Notes: a model not told the origin generated them from the sequence alone. DNA of 63,645 nt, filler included, from Dicyema japonicum (GCA_011109175.1; 7 parts of 7 records of this genome joined end to end with filler, not necessarily neighbours in it); one strand, 5' to 3'; shown: positions 24,339 through 38,734, numbered from the whole stretch's first letter. Made by a program: numbers and translations.

Positions 24339-27300
24339 AAAGACGTCCATTACATGCAGTTGTTATCAATCAATCGACGGTTATAACTTAAAGACACAAA
24401 TGGAAACCACAAAATTGTCATTTTCTCTAATAATTAGCGCCCTCGCAAATTCATCAATTGACCTAGTGTAACGCATAGCGCCTGTGACATAATAAAAATG
24501 TTTATGTATTATGTTCTGGTGATGTTTATGAAGTTTGAAAACACAAAATGCAGTTAATAATCGAAAAAAGGTTATGTTTATTATTTATAGACAAAATAAG
24601 ATTACACGAAACTCTAAAATCTGGAAAAATTGATCGAGTGACACCAATAGACCTGCCTTCTATTCCAAATACTATCGAATTATCTACAATCATACAGAAA
24701 TTGATGCCATGTCCAATGAGAAAAGCTGTTCAGGATTCTCGACCTCGCCGGACTCGTCCTCACCTTTGTCGGTTTGGGATCACTTAGTTAGATGAGAACT
24801 TTTATTTCTTTTTCTTTGACCCAGTGATCCTGGGGGTAATAATAATATTAATAGTAGACCTATTCGCCAGAACCGTAATATTTATAGCTCCGCATAAAGA
24901 AGACTAATATATTATAGTTAAAAAATGTTATACTAATTCATTGTTGAAAACTATAATATTTTGTGGTACTTTAACAATTTTATGAATTCAAAAGAAAAAT
25001 TTCCAAGAAACCTGAGATAGATGTTTTTTATAACATTTAAATATATTATTGTTGTAATTACTAATGATATCCGGAAATTCAATTTATATTTAAATTACAT
25101 ATAGATCCATTCTGAGAATATATTAAAATAATCCTCACTTTTCCATTTCATGTATCTCAAAAAGGCTAGAACTTTCATATTGACATATTTATTAATGGTG
25201 ATCTTTATGGAATCCTGGTTTCAAACTTAGCAACAGCCACAAATTATACCTGTACAATCGATTTTCAGGCGCATAACAGTAAAAAAGTATAATCTTCTTT
25301 AATCAGTCTCTCAGTTTCAACCAACTTAAAAACAAATGTTATTCATGATTTTGTTGGTTGAGTGGTTGAAACATATGTCCACGTATTTATTGTATTCTCA
25401 GTCTGTTTATTCTAACCTGTTTAATGTAGCAACTTTCAACGTCAGTGTACTCATTTCGAGCACTAACTGAAGACTTTATGAAGTATTTGGAACGATACAC
25501 CTCGATGAACCATGTATTTATTGTATTCTCAGTCTGTTTATTCTAACCTGTTTAATGTAGCAACTTTCAACGTCAGTGTACTCTTTTCGAGCACTAACTG
25601 GAGACTTTATGAAGTATTTGGAACGATACACCTCGATGAACTACGAAGAAGTTTAAGGAGGAAAGTTACATTAAGAAACCTGGTGGAACGAATAGTGAAG
25701 CGCACGGCTCATGCGGAACTCTAAGTATTCATATGCTTTTGTTAACAGGAGAGTGCATTTAACTAACTTTTTAACTATTCATGCAGCTACAGGTTACTCC
25801 AGTTTAGCTTATTGTAAAAAACAATATTTTTAGTGAGAAATATAAAATTTTAATTCTAGCGGTATTAGTCCGAGCACGTCTGAGTTTATCAGGTTAATTG
25901 GACGGCTTCACGGGAAGTGTATGCCTAGAATAACACAATGGCTCTTCCTGAATATTGTCCTCGCGATCATGAGAGGTAACTCTAATTGGGTTCTCAATGT
26001 CTGGATGCCATAATGAGACCTCACCATAAAAACTATTTTCCTTACATAATAAATATAATTAATTTTTTCTATCACTATTTTCAATTTTATTTATTTATTG
26101 AGGATCTCATCGCTATGTGGTGCTTTTAGCTAATTGGTTGTAAATCACTCTTCCTTTATTTATTTATTATTAACCCCGGATACACCGAGAAAGAAGTTAA
26201 AGTAACCAACTAATTAAGTGTATCCAGTTTCCACTTTTATAGAAACAGAGTCCATCCGGAATCACCATAAAAGGTAAGCAATTTTTTAGGACGAGGGTTC
26301 CATCATGGTAGTGTGCACTATGCACTCAATGGAATTATCTCTTGTGAGCTCAATGCTCTGGAAAATACAACGTGTCATTGTTGGATGTCCTTTCTTTAGT
26401 CCTGCAACTCTCCAATTAGCCTGGTGAACTTTTCCGTAATGGTGCAATCTTATTGAAGAATACTTTTGTTGTCATAGGAAATAAGTTTTCAATTCTGAGA
26501 GCTGCCAGCCTTGAATGAAAAGAATTTCTAGTAATTTTTAACTGTTTTTTATAAATAATAAGTTATTAAAATTAAAAAAAGTTTTATTATTAAAATATCA
26601 ACAAAGTAAGATTGATTCCAAAGTATGAGATTTGTTATAGATATAATGATTAAATTTGAAGTTCTGTATCGTAATTATATTAAAATTTAGGGATTGTTAA
26701 CCACCTGTTATTAATGAACCTTCCGATGTTGTTCATGGCCAATTGAAAGCGATGGGAAATTTTATGCAGATTTCATTTACTCAAAGACATCACTACGGAG
26801 GTATTCCCCCACGAATGTACTATAATAATTTTCGCTTTCCAGACGCTCGATCGGGTGATTTGAAGGTATTAGTAGCTGCGATTAACCATTTGACTGCACG
26901 AAGGCCAAAGACTGCATAAATCCATATCATTAGGAACACATGGGTTGCAAGTACATCAGCCTGCTATTTGTATTTTAGATTATTATTCGACAATTACACA
27001 TATTTTACATGACAAAAATTTTTCAATATCATTTCGATTGTTTGAATAAAAATGTAAATTATCATAATATTTTAATTCTCATATGATTTGACAATGGGTG
27101 AATTACGGCCATTAATAAAAATCTTTGTTGTAGAATAATGTGTAATCAATGAATCATTAATATTATCAGAATATTAAGCAATGTGTTATTATGGTTTCTC
27201 TATACGTTGAATGTAGAAGTGAGAGGTGCTACACATCTAGAATATATAAATATTCATAATATATTTGTCGACAATCCTCTGAAAAAAAAACTTNATAATT

Positions 27301-28933
27301 TAATTCTCATATGATTTGACAATGGGTGAATTACGGCCATTAAAGAAAATCTTTGTCGTAGAATACTGTGTAATCAATGAATCATTAATATTATAGAAAT
27401 ATTACGTAATGTGTCATTATGGCTTCTCTAGACGCTGAATGTAGAAGTGAGAGGTGCTACACATCTAGAATATATAAATATTCATAATTTATTTGTCGAC
27501 AATCCACTGAAAAAAAAACTTACTATCATATAATTTTGATGTTAAATCATGAATTGTGGCATTGAAAAGGTTATATGTAAAAAAGTTTGTTACAATAATA
27601 GTACTGTTAGTATTTTTGAAATTTGTCTTATTTATTTTTGAACATGTCTGAAAATTTTTTTTACTGATTCTCTGTTTACGTGTGAAGTCGCAAAAATAAT
27701 AGGAAAATTGAGNNNNNNNNNNNNNNNNNNNNNNNNNNNNNNNNNNNNNNNNNNNNTTAATTAATTAANNNNNNNNNNNNNNNNNNNNNNNNNNNNNNNN
27801 NNNNNNNNNNNNATTTTTGGTTCGAAGTGGTGCTCAGTATCAGAATGACATCTAGGATAGTATTTTGGGCTTCAAAACAAAGACTTGGGTGTATCAAATT
27901 CAATATTTTAGTGTAATTAATGTAAAGATTCAATTCTCAATGCTGAAAAGTATCCATTAGTCCGTGTTTTAAGTATTTTTAATCGGAATCGAATCTGTAT
28001 AAGCAGGTAGTCTATATTTCTACACTCAGAAACCTTTGAATCCCACTGGCTCCTTCGGTAGGTCTCTATCGCTATTTTGATAAGTAGCACTGCGTCAATC
28101 ATGTTGGTAGAATCCCCGTAATTTTAACTTCGACGGCTGTAAAAGAAATTATTTTTTATGGTTGCATATTTTCTGGCTTATCCTTCTCGTTGCATGACTG
28201 AGGTGACGAACGTAAGAGACATCGAAAACCTGAATTTCTAAACAAAGTAAGTGTCGTATTCTCTGTTGTTGATAATAGTCATTAATATTCTTTCCCTCCT
28301 TATGGAGTCTAATAACCGTAAGCTTGGGAGGATTTGCCTCTCCGCAAATGCGACCATGGGAGATAAACACAGTTAATTAACTTATTACTAGACGTACTGG
28401 GGGTTAACAAAATAAAATCCTGAGGATAATTCAGATTTGATGTGTCTTTATTAGATTTGATTATTGCACTATGAAAAGATACAATAAAGAAGAGAAGTGA
28501 CGACTGTTGGAATATCCTCAGAGTGGCCCAACACCACTTGCCAACGATGTAATGGAAGATACATCTTGTGTGATATCGAGGACAACCGAGATATACAATA
28601 CCAACTGCAATCCAAAAATACCTAAGGAATTAAAAATTGTATTTAGATGAAGCAGAGGACCTAGATGATCTCTCCAAAATCGCATTCTCGATGGGGGATG
28701 TTGGCGTATCACTAAAAATTATCCGTGGTACAACCTAAACCAATTATTTTCTTAGTAAAAGTAAAATGTCATCAAAAATTAATTTAAAGTAGAAAAACTC
28801 TTCTCTAATCTACAAAATGACCCATCAATTTGGCGTATCACTAAAAATTATCCGTGGTACAACCTAAACCAATTATTTTCTTAGTAAAAGTAAAATATCA
28901 TCAAAAATTAATTAAAATTAGAAAAACTCTTCT

Positions 28934-30786
28934 CTAATCTACAAAATGACCCATCAATAACTTTGATCCAACGACTGACTCTATCTCCATCATTTGTTCC
29001 TTATTTACGGAAGAAAAGTACAAAGTCACCACCATCACCAACTTTGCCAAAAAATCCAAAAAACGTTGAAATCTACAATCAGCACACAAACGACCTCAAT
29101 CTAGATAAAAAGTAGGACTGCTTGACCACCGTCCTCATTGAACAAGGCAACCACGCGGACCGCTTTCTCTCACATCCATCGATTGCACTGCCGGTCAAAC
29201 GAGTAACCACCTTATTGTCAAAATTCCGTGTCTATCAGCCAAATTTCCGTGTTTCCGCACAATCGCCCTTACAAAGTGGATATTACTAATATCACGGAAA
29301 CAAACAACCGAATAACCAAAAGCAGATTCGGGGGCATTTCCCTCATCACGGAAATTATTCTGTCAACGTTCTTCATTATGGCTTCCCTCATTCTCATCAG
29401 TTCTTCCTCCGTAAGTTTCCGCGGAAGCCCGAACCTGTTGGAGTCAAGAATCATTGTCTGAGTCACAATTTGCCCCAAAACCATGTGATCTGACCTTTTA
29501 CTCCAAGAAAAACCCTCAACACCAAGAAAGAGACTATATTTCCGTAAATCCGTGAAATTCTTAGCCATAATGGCTTTATAGAGGCCGCACAAGCAGAGTC
29601 GGTCCTTCTCATCAAATTCCTGGTATAATCCATGGTCAAGCAGCACCACGATTGGTCTCCCGCCTTTATTTTGAACCAGAACTAGGAGTAACATGGTCTT
29701 TAACTATTTCCTGGATGGGGATCAGCGTGGACGAATCCCGTAACGAAGATCTGCTCAGCAAATATCCTCACAACCTTCTCGGAAAGCTAGAGTTCCAATG
29801 AAATCAACTTCTTTAAGGTTCAATCCGGGACGTGCAATGTCCTCGGTATTCGTGATAGGAATTCCATCCTCAAATTCCATCGTCAAGACAGTCTGAAATG
29901 GTCCCAAAGCTTACACGTGTGCTCAGATCATTAAAGACACGTGGTATCTTAACAAATTTCAAGTATCTGAGGTCGTGGGCGCATCTTTCGCTGTTGGCAG
30001 CCTCATTTTTGAAGTCCATCTCCATTTCCGCGGCTTTGAACGCGTTCTAGCACATGGGAAAGAGAGGTACCTCAATTAACCACTTGAAGGAAAAACGTGG
30101 GTTCAAATAAGCGATAACGTCGACCAGAAATTGCAGTATTTTTATGTCAGACTTGAAATTCCGTTGTAAATCCTCATATTGGACCTTCACGGCCACGTGC
30201 TGGCCATTTTTGGTCTCCGCTTTGTGTACTTGAGACAAGGAAGCAGCAGCAAAGGCTTCATTGTCAAATTTGGCGAAGATGTCGGTTGGTTTCTTGTCAA
30301 ATTCCCGCTTAAAAATATCCTCGACCTTTAATGACCAACTGAACAAACCTCTCGGTAAGGCCGTGGTTTGACCCCGTTGTAGAGCACTTGTAAGGTTTCC
30401 GTATATTCCACAGGCAAAATGTGGTTAAATGTAGCCATGACTTGTCCCAGCTTTATGTAGATTCCTCCGTTTTTCGTGCAGGCGTCTCTTATCTTCGAAG
30501 CAGAGCGTAAATGACAGTCTTCCAGCATTTTATCTGCCACATGCTGATTCTCATTCTACAATCGATCACTTATAACCACCTTTTCCATTTTCCACATAGT
30601 AATGAGATAATCAGCGTTCACGTGAGCCACTGTATACACTGTTCTATGATATTAGTGGTTCACTGGTAACCGAGCAGATCTGTAGAGCCCATTTAGAGAA
30701 AGTAGTATTGTATTCTTGTTGTTTGAGTAAACGGATAGAGCGGTCCCTAACCCAAAAATGATTGGGGAAACCCTTACAAGGTTCAT
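28934..30786 (-). CDS. ADCK5: AarF/UbiB-family atypical kinase ADCK5, 12 exons
   Basis: ATG 30786, stop TAG 28934. Motifs NGGIYIKLGQ, FNHILP, AAASLSQVH, VAVKVQYEDL, EMDFKNE..ERCAHDL, HADPHPGN and LLDHGLY. Eleven GT-AG introns of 27, 24, 23, 24, 22, 22, 23, 24, 23, 23 and 22 nt. Confidence 0.88.
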
Positions 30787-32399
30787 AGATTTATAAATAA
30801 TTTAAATTTTAATTTAAAATAATGTAAAATTTAAATTATATTTTTTTTCAAATCTAATGCCTTTTTAAGCAATGTGCTTATAAATTGCCTATCTTTCATT
30901 AGCATATTTAGCAAAAAATTAAATTTAATTCCTTTGTATTAAGATTTATTTGAATTGATTTTTAATTGTAGAATAATCAATGTAGAATAGGGGATTGGAT
31001 TAGACTCTATATCGCCCGACAGAAGTAAAAAAGAGAAAGTGTAGTATGGGAAACTTGGACTTTCTTTTCTATGCATAACGTGCTCTGGGAGCTACCACAA
31101 CAACAGGTTAACCGCATAATGTTATTTTGTCCCTGGCCGAACATTAAAGGAGAGTTCTGGAGATATTGGAGCATTGGATTACCTAATTAACGGGTTTTTA
31201 TGTTCCTCAGTGGTATTGGCTTTTTATTAAATAAATTAATTGCGCTGACGAATCAATGAAAGTTTTTCCCAAAAAATAAAGAAAGGATCCAAATTCAAAA
31301 AATCGTTCAATTCAATGCTAGTTCGCTTATTTATTATTCCCATGCTAAATATAAAATAATATGATTTTCTATAAGTTTGCTCTCCAAACGAGGCCTGGAG
31401 ATAAATTAAACAAAATACAGACAAAAATTATAAAACGTGTTAATGAGGTGGTTGAGGAACGGTTAGCTATCTTCCGCGGGTATAAGGAAATCCCAATCTC
31501 TTACTCACAGCTGCAAGAGTAAAAAACATCTTTATACTTCCCCAACATTACCCAGGTTTTTTTAACTATTCATTGACTCAATCTTCTACCAATTATTTTA
31601 TCTTGCCTTTAAATGTTCCTTTTTTTCGTCATGAGGTCCACCGCGTCAGGTAGGGTCTTTCACTATTCTTTTTCTTCTTCGTGTGATCCATCGTGTCATG
31701 GTGGCACGTAAAGAATCATTTGTTATATGTGGACACAAAATAATCCGATTAAAAACTGGATTCTTGCCTAATTTATACCCTTAAAGCACACAACTGTACC
31801 TTTCCAATACTCAGATTCAATAACCAATAGACATCCGTAGAATCCTTACTGATCTCCGAGGAAAATTCCTAAAAATCTCGCCTCCGCCAAGAAGCTGTCC
31901 ATCAGTGCCATACGGTTACTTGGAAGTGACAAAGTACTGGAGCATAGATGATTACACTTACGAGCTCACATCCAGCTTAATTTTAGAAAATTATAATAGT
32001 TTTATTTCATCCTGTGATAGAAAGTTTTCGACCTCTTTTAATTCAAGGATCGGCATCCACCCTTGGTAAAAATCTAAAATACAGTAAATTTAGGCAAAAA
32101 GGTGTGAACAGAGTCAAGCTGTTCGAGGAAAGACTAATATTACTAAAAACCCTCCTTATACTTTTCTAACTTAATCGGGATTTTCCACTATCAAAGAAAC
32201 GACCACCTGATCTTCTGACAAGAACCTTAAGTAGAGGCGTTCATATCACGAGTTTTTTTATTACTATTGATTGAAGATCGTTTATTTTTTTCAAGTATGT
32301 TACTCAGCATCTCAACCGTAGCTGATGGTTTAGTCAATGTATTGAGTGTATAGAAGTTTTAACGTAAACTTAATGTTCTTTGATGTTGTTTATTTATAA

Positions 32400-32537
32400 C
32401 CCCGGGATGACTGCGTCACTCGTCAGCTAAAAGCATCATAGATGTGTGGAACCTTCAGCCGAAATGTACAGCAGCGAGATACGAACCAGAAGACATCAGG
32501 AATTTGCCCGTCACTTATGACACTGCGCCATAGGAAT
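32400..32537 (-). mobile_element. tRNA-derived SINE copy (diverged)
   Basis: Box A TGGCGCAGTG and box B GGTTCGTATC, followed by CTCGCTGCTG..GAAGGTTCCAC..TGACGAGTGACG shared with 37140-37325. Confidence 0.65.
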
Positions 32538-33108
32538 GTGTGGTGGATTCAATAGTTTTTTAAATACACGATTGTAAATAAAGAATTCATTTTTTTCCTA
32601 ATTCTTCCAAATAAATAATTTAAGTGATAACGAAGTGGCATTTATTTGTATGTTTCCAAAAAGTCATACTTTGGGATTCAGAGTTACCATGATTCAAGGT
32701 CAATGCTCAGGAAAAACCATGAGTCGTTCCTTTTCACACACTTCCGTTTCCTCACTCAAGTCTCGAGAGAAATAAGGTCTACCAAAAAGTAAGAAACTTC
32801 TTAAGAACTTCAACTACTAAGGGTAGGAAGACTTCGATTTTTAAGTACATTTATGCGAAATTGGTACCCAGGCGGAATGTTGGCTCAACGTAATGAGTAT
32901 AGAGGGAGCCTGACATAAAAGAGAATAACTCCCATAAAGTCACCTTGACTAATAAAAGGTAGCGAGAAACAATTCAGTGTAAACATTCTCAAATTAATTC
33001 TCTAAACGTCCACCAAGGATAGTCATGCTATTACTCCAAAACGCACACCATTACACACACCCAACAAATAACCAAAATAAAGACAAAATAAACAAAAAAT
33101 CAATTAAA

Positions 33109-33657
33109 TTATTTTTTCCTTTTAGTTTTCTTACTAACAGCCACAGCGGGTTTCCTCTTAATCCCAACACTTGCAAAGAACGAATCAATCCTCTTCTGGG
33201 ATGTCTTCGACTGTAACTTCTTTAATCTCATAACACAAGTCATCAACTTCTCCTCACTACATATCACCAAATTACCACCTGAATCCCTTCTCTTCCACCA
33301 AAAACTGCCTTAACTCCGCCTCAGCCACGGGGGACCACTCAAACTTCTACAAATAACTCATCCCTCACATTAATCGATGACACTTCACTCACTGTCGGAT
33401 CCATAAATAACTTTTTGGCTTCCTTGTACGCCCAATTCTCGGGAATCTGGTATTTCTACCGTGAAATCACTGGAGTTACCGTTTTATCCAAGTTTTCCAC
33501 TATCCTGTCGATCGACTGATACTTTTTGATCAATTCCACCGCCTTCTTGGGCCCCACACCGCGGATTGTAGGGCAGTAGTCACATCCCAGTAGAATACAA
33601 ATCTCCACAAACTGTTCCTGGGTCACTTCCAATGAGCTCAGAACATCTGAAAGCCTA
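33109..33657 (-). CDS. FEN1: Flap endonuclease 1, 3' part (5' part lost at contig join n33658)
   Basis: H3[54 protein letters not shown] box QKRIDSFF and a basic tail. Introns of 24, 22 and 22 nt. Confidence 0.93.
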
Positions 33658-33661
33658 NTCT

Positions 33662-34080
33662 TCAATTCGTTAAGAGGCCCTTAGCTTTACCCGGTTTTTG
33701 TAGTGCAATTAGTGTTCCATTACTCACATCCAGGGGTGAGTCGTATTTGAATGTTTTGTTGTATATCTCAGTTAATAGCTCAGAGATCTCGGTCAGTGCA
33801 CATTTGATAAGTTCTGCATTTATGTTGTCTGAGCCAAGAGCTCTATTGTTGTTTGATTTGTCCACGGCTTTTTTTGTATCTTTGACATAATTTTGTGGCA
33901 CATCTCTGCTCTCTTCGAATCGCCCTCAAACTGGCTTAATTGCACATTTGATAAGTTCTGCATTTATGTTGTCTGGGCCAAGAGCTCTATTGTTGTTTAA
34001 TTTGTCCAGGGCTTTTTTTGTCTCTTTGACATAATTTTGTGGCACATCTCTGCTCTCTTCGAATCGTCCTCAAACTGGCT
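33662..34080 (-). mobile_element. RTE-type LINE RT N-terminal fragment
   Basis: NNRALGSDNINAELIK..GTLIALQKPGK; contains a ~150-nt duplication. Confidence 0.7.
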
Positions 34081-34283
34081 TAATCCATAAGCAAAATATT
34101 CATTCTTATATTTTTTATTCTAGAAGTGGAATAATTAATTTATAAACTTTAATAGACATACTATCAATCAACAAGAAAAAAATAACACGCGAAATTTAAG
34201 TAGGCGTTTAATATTATAACAAATTATTTAATTTAAATTAATTTTTTTAAACATCTTTTTTGAGGCACCCCAGAGTGCCTCCA

Positions 34284-34304
34284 GGCACACTTTGGGAACC
34301 ACTG
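34284..34304 (-). mobile_element. hAT (Charlie-like) terminal inverted repeat, single end
   Basis: The reverse complement CAGTGGTTCCCAAAGTGTGCC resembles hAT-Charlie MITE termini. The partner end is not seen. Confidence 0.4.
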
Positions 34305-35274
34305 CTGCTTCACAGGATTAAAGCAAAAGTCAACAATGTAGAATACAACCCTTCCCAGTAAAACCCCAGCTATGGCACCCTCTATATATGAGGCAATTTT
34401 TTATATAAAGTTCATTTTATGAAAGTTTATTGATTTTCCGACGTATTGATAATAATACAAAAATCAACAGCCATTCTTCAATTTCTTGATAAGGGATTGT
34501 AAGTCGCGTCCAGAAATCTCGAGCAATTCTGGTTCAGAGTTCGATCCGCTAATGTAGCGTAGGATTTGGCATGTGAGACCACTTGAGGCATATGTCCAAG
34601 ATAGAAAAGTCGGGATGACGAGTTCTAGTGGTGAACCGAGCGAAGATTTAGTCTGCATTGGGATCCTGTAAGTTTTATCAAAAATTTGAGTTTTCTTCAA
34701 CAGCAGTCCTTAAGAAATTCATGTCCGTTAAACATAGAGGCTGTCCAATGAAGAAATACTTGCACGTCTTTCATAACTAGGCAGGTAATTTAAATTTTAT
34801 CACATCTTAAGAAAGGACAGGAATACTCCCNGAGCGAAGATTTAGTCTGTATTGGGATCCAGCCAGTTTTATCAAAAATTTGAGTGTTCTTCAACGGCAG
34901 TCCTTAAGAAGTTCATGTCCGTGAAACATAGAGGCTGTCCAATGAAGAAATAAGAGTATGCGGTAAGGAATATCAATTTTTTGAATTTGATATCTGGTAT
35001 GACTAATTAACATGCAGTTTAATTGGTCAAAAAAGTAAATTAATAAAATTTATAATTCAATCAAAAACTAATTAAACAGAGAGAAGGCAATGAGTTTGTC
35101 CTAGTTGATTGGGTCTGGTTAACGAGACACCATTTTTCTCCTCTTTGAAACATTGACCCCTTGCACTCAACAAGAATTATTTCTTCAAATATTGCAATAT
35201 TTTTTTCAATGGATCTTGCACGTCTTTCATAACTAGGCAGGTAATTTAAATTTTATCATATCTTAAGAAAGGAC

Positions 35275-35860
35275 AGGAATACTCCCGCTAATCTCGCGAT
35301 GGAGTACCACCCTGATCTTCATCCGGGATCGAATTTCTGGGGAAGACCACAAATTACTCTACCAACTCTTCTACATAAAGACCTAACTTCGATTGGAAAA
35401 GGGTTCACGTCGGCAGATGATCTTGAGTACCAGAGGGACCTATCAAGGAACAGAGGGAACTGGAAGCGAATAACAAAACGCATCCAGGAGAGGGTGGCAC
35501 AAGCGAGATAACTTTACTAACGTTGTTTTGCGGTGTGCTTATTAATAAAAATAATATAAAAAATTCTCTACCAGAAAAAAAATCTTTCATCCAAACCAGT
35601 GCCTTGCTCCAAACATTAAAATTTGACAGTCTATAACAACCCAGCACGCTATCACATGCCTTTTATATGTCTAGACATACGGCTTAAGACATTCTTTATT
35701 CTTCTTAGCAACACAAAATTTGATAATATAGAGAAACAATCTCCAGTCCCTGTAGTAGGGCAAAAACCCGACTGATAATCGAGAAAAAATTTGTTATCTT
35801 CAATATACTTTGATAATCTGTTAAAAATAATTTTTTCCATGATGTTCGATTGATAACTCC
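35275..35860. mobile_element. Two convergent LINE fragments: RTE 3' end (+, to 35511) and RT fragment (-, 35530-35860)
   Basis: GRPQITLPTLLHKDL..RNRGNWK on +; KIIFNRLSKYIEDNKFFLDYQSGF and WMKDFFSGR on -. Confidence 0.65.
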
Positions 35861-37139
35861 CTACATCATTTCGACATAGGGAAATCCGCTTAATAAAGTG
35901 AGGTTTTCTTGCATAACGAAAATACCCAATCTATCAGCACTCCGTTGTTGGAAATGATTAAGTTCTTAGACGTAAAAACTTTTAAGTTTTCTGATTCCAT
36001 TCTTTCCAATAAACATTTGCTTTCAGAATTAGTTTTCATACAACCATATGAAATTTATTTTGCACTACAATCTCCCACAAAATTGGGTTTTCATTATTAG
36101 CAAAAAATCTTTTATAATCCTTGAATAATTCCTTAATCTTTTGGAGTAAATTCCACCAAATGTTGTTCAACCAATGGAAGTGTGCAAATCGATGCATAAT
36201 AATTCGCAGACATTCTCTTCTATAATTTTTGGCAATCTCGTATTAATACTCTTTTTGTAGAAAATAGAGATGTCTGTACACCTATGGCATCTTTATTGTC
36301 ACCGATCTTCCTGGCAACATTACTTCCTTTAGCAACACTTTCATTGGAGGTTTACTTTGAGGTAATAATTTATCCATCTTGAGTTTATTAGTTCCTTTTG
36401 CACAAGAACAGCCTCCGTAGTTAGCCATGTGGTTAGTTGATCCACAATTATGCAATTTTTACCGTTCCTTAAATCAAATTGATACTCCGACCTTCTGTGG
36501 TTTCCTTCATCTTTTAACGTTTTTCCAGAAACGCGCAATGTGACCGAATAACTGGCATCAAAAGCATTGAATTTCAGGTTTTTAAACCATTCAGCTGTGA
36601 CTTGTGAGAAACCAATTTAAAACCAATACCTGGAGTAGTTCAGAATAAAGCGGTGCTGGAGAAGTGGCCCGTCTTAATTTATTAACCCCGTATAAACCGA
36701 GAAATAAGTTAGCAGTAAACAACTATTTAAGTGTATTCAACGTCACACAAGTCGAAAAAAAATCAGTATAAAAAGTATAGATGTCGATTCCTTGCAGTTA
36801 TGGGAGGGGAAATGATCCTTTTCATGCCAACCTGGCACTGGGCGAGAGTTGAGACAGTTAGATCACATGACGACACTAAAGTACGACAGGTAAGAGGAGG
36901 AAAACATAAAACAAACACAAAACCTCAACCAATTAGCAACGAAGCAAACAAGTGCCTTTACTTTTTGAATCCATTAGTCAAATTTTGATCAGCATGCCTT
37001 GTGTAGGTTATTAAGATTCATGTGTAATAATAAAGATTACATGTTTACTCTCCTACCTTTATTTGGGGCTCACCTCCAAGGGCCGCCTCTATTTTTGGGG
37101 AAAACTACGTTTTTGGGTCGCTCTATAAATTTTCTANTT

Positions 37140-37325
37140 TTCTTGTGTGAGTGTCCTTTCTAGACAATCCAGTTCCGCAGTGAGTATTCACTGATGACGG
37201 CGTCACTCGTCAAACCATTTCTGCATCGTAGATGCGTGGAACCTTCCACCAGGTGAACAGCAGCGAGATTCGAACCCGTAGCCTAAGCCACTTAAGCCCG
37301 ACACCTAACCACTAAGCTACCAAAG
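37140..37325 (-). mobile_element. tRNA-derived SINE
   Basis: Pol III box A TAGCTTAGTGG and box B GGTTCGAATCT, followed by a non-tRNA body. Confidence 0.75.
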
Positions 37326-38319
37326 TATGAAAAATCAATTAAATTTAGCACTTCAATTTTGGCAATTAAATTTTTATTATATAAAATTAATTATAAATCG
37401 ATTTTAAAATAAATATTTTAAAAGTCAGGTTTTATTTTAAATTTTTTTTGTGTTGATTACAATACACCTGAATCTTGAAACAAAATTGAAGATTGTAAAA
37501 AGTACATTCTTAAAAAGCAACATTCTGAAAGGAATTTTATACTCTGTCCAAAAATCCGTAGAGAAAATAACTGATTAATTTAAAAAATATTGTTTTTTTT
37601 ATTTATCGATCCATATTGAAAACTTCTGATTTTGAGGCATTACATGCCCAATTAGANAGTACATTCTTAAAAAGCAACATTCTGAAAGGAATTTTATACT
37701 CTATCCAAAAATCCATAGAGAAAATAACTGATTACTTTAAAAAATAATGTTTTTTTTTATTTATCAATCCATATTGAAAACCTCTGAATTTGAGGCATTA
37801 CATGCCCAATTAGAAATCGGACAGTATTTGAAACAGATATACAAACATATCACACGGGGGACATCGAGAACATCATTGTAGTAAAGATCCAAAAGGAATA
37901 GTGTGATGGGAGAATGACACAGACAGTCTATTCAGTAGTATAAAATTTAGATTACGATACAATATAATTTTACAACTGTTATGTAGATAGTCTTAAAACG
38001 GAAAAACGAATTTTGATTGTCATCCGTGTAATAACATTGCATGCTTTTCCGTTTTGCATGAGTATCTCTATGATCAAAATGCGCATTGAATGATTGAGTT
38101 CTTTAGGACATCAAANTTGTCATCCGTGAAATAACATTGGATGCTTTGCCGTTTTGCATGCGTATCTCTATGAATCAAAATGCGCATTGAATGATTGAGT
38201 TCTTTAGGACATCAAAGAACATTTCGTATTTTTGTACGATAACATTGCGAAATATTTTCCGGATAAATATTATGACGATTAAGTTCAAATCCATTCAAAA
38301 TTAAACTAATACCAGCAAA

Positions 38320-38640
38320 TCTAACATCAATTGAATTTCAACATAAACGGCCTCACACACAAGTCAACTGAACTTTTTGCATTTCTAACTTCCCACAAAA
38401 TTGATATTTCCTTGCTACAAGAAACGAAACTATCAAGAAAGTCAGTGCTTTCACACTACAAGGACTACTCTATTGTCTGCCGTGATCGACCGAATTCAAA
38501 CAGAGGAGGCGGTGTTCTCATACTCATACACAAATCTATTCCATTCTCCTATATTTCCTTTCAGACACAAGCTCTGTATGAAGATGACGATCACATCGAA
38601 GTTACTTCTGTCTTGGTAAAAATAAACCACACAATACATT
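38320..38640 (+). mobile_element. LINE AP-endonuclease fragment (Jockey/I-like)
   Basis: NINGL..DISLLQETKL..RDR..RGGGVLILI. Confidence 0.8.
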
Positions 38641-38734
38641 TTGGTGATGTGGTGACGTTCCTCGTTTCTTAATTGGATAACAGTTGAGAAAAATGTCTAA
38701 AAAGCAAAAGGTACAAAGGAATGCATCTTGTCTA

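Noticed and set aside
37191-37216. Hammerhead-like CTGATGA followed by a stem
   Set aside because: There is no GAAA after the stem and no stems I/III; it is the antisense of the SINE core.
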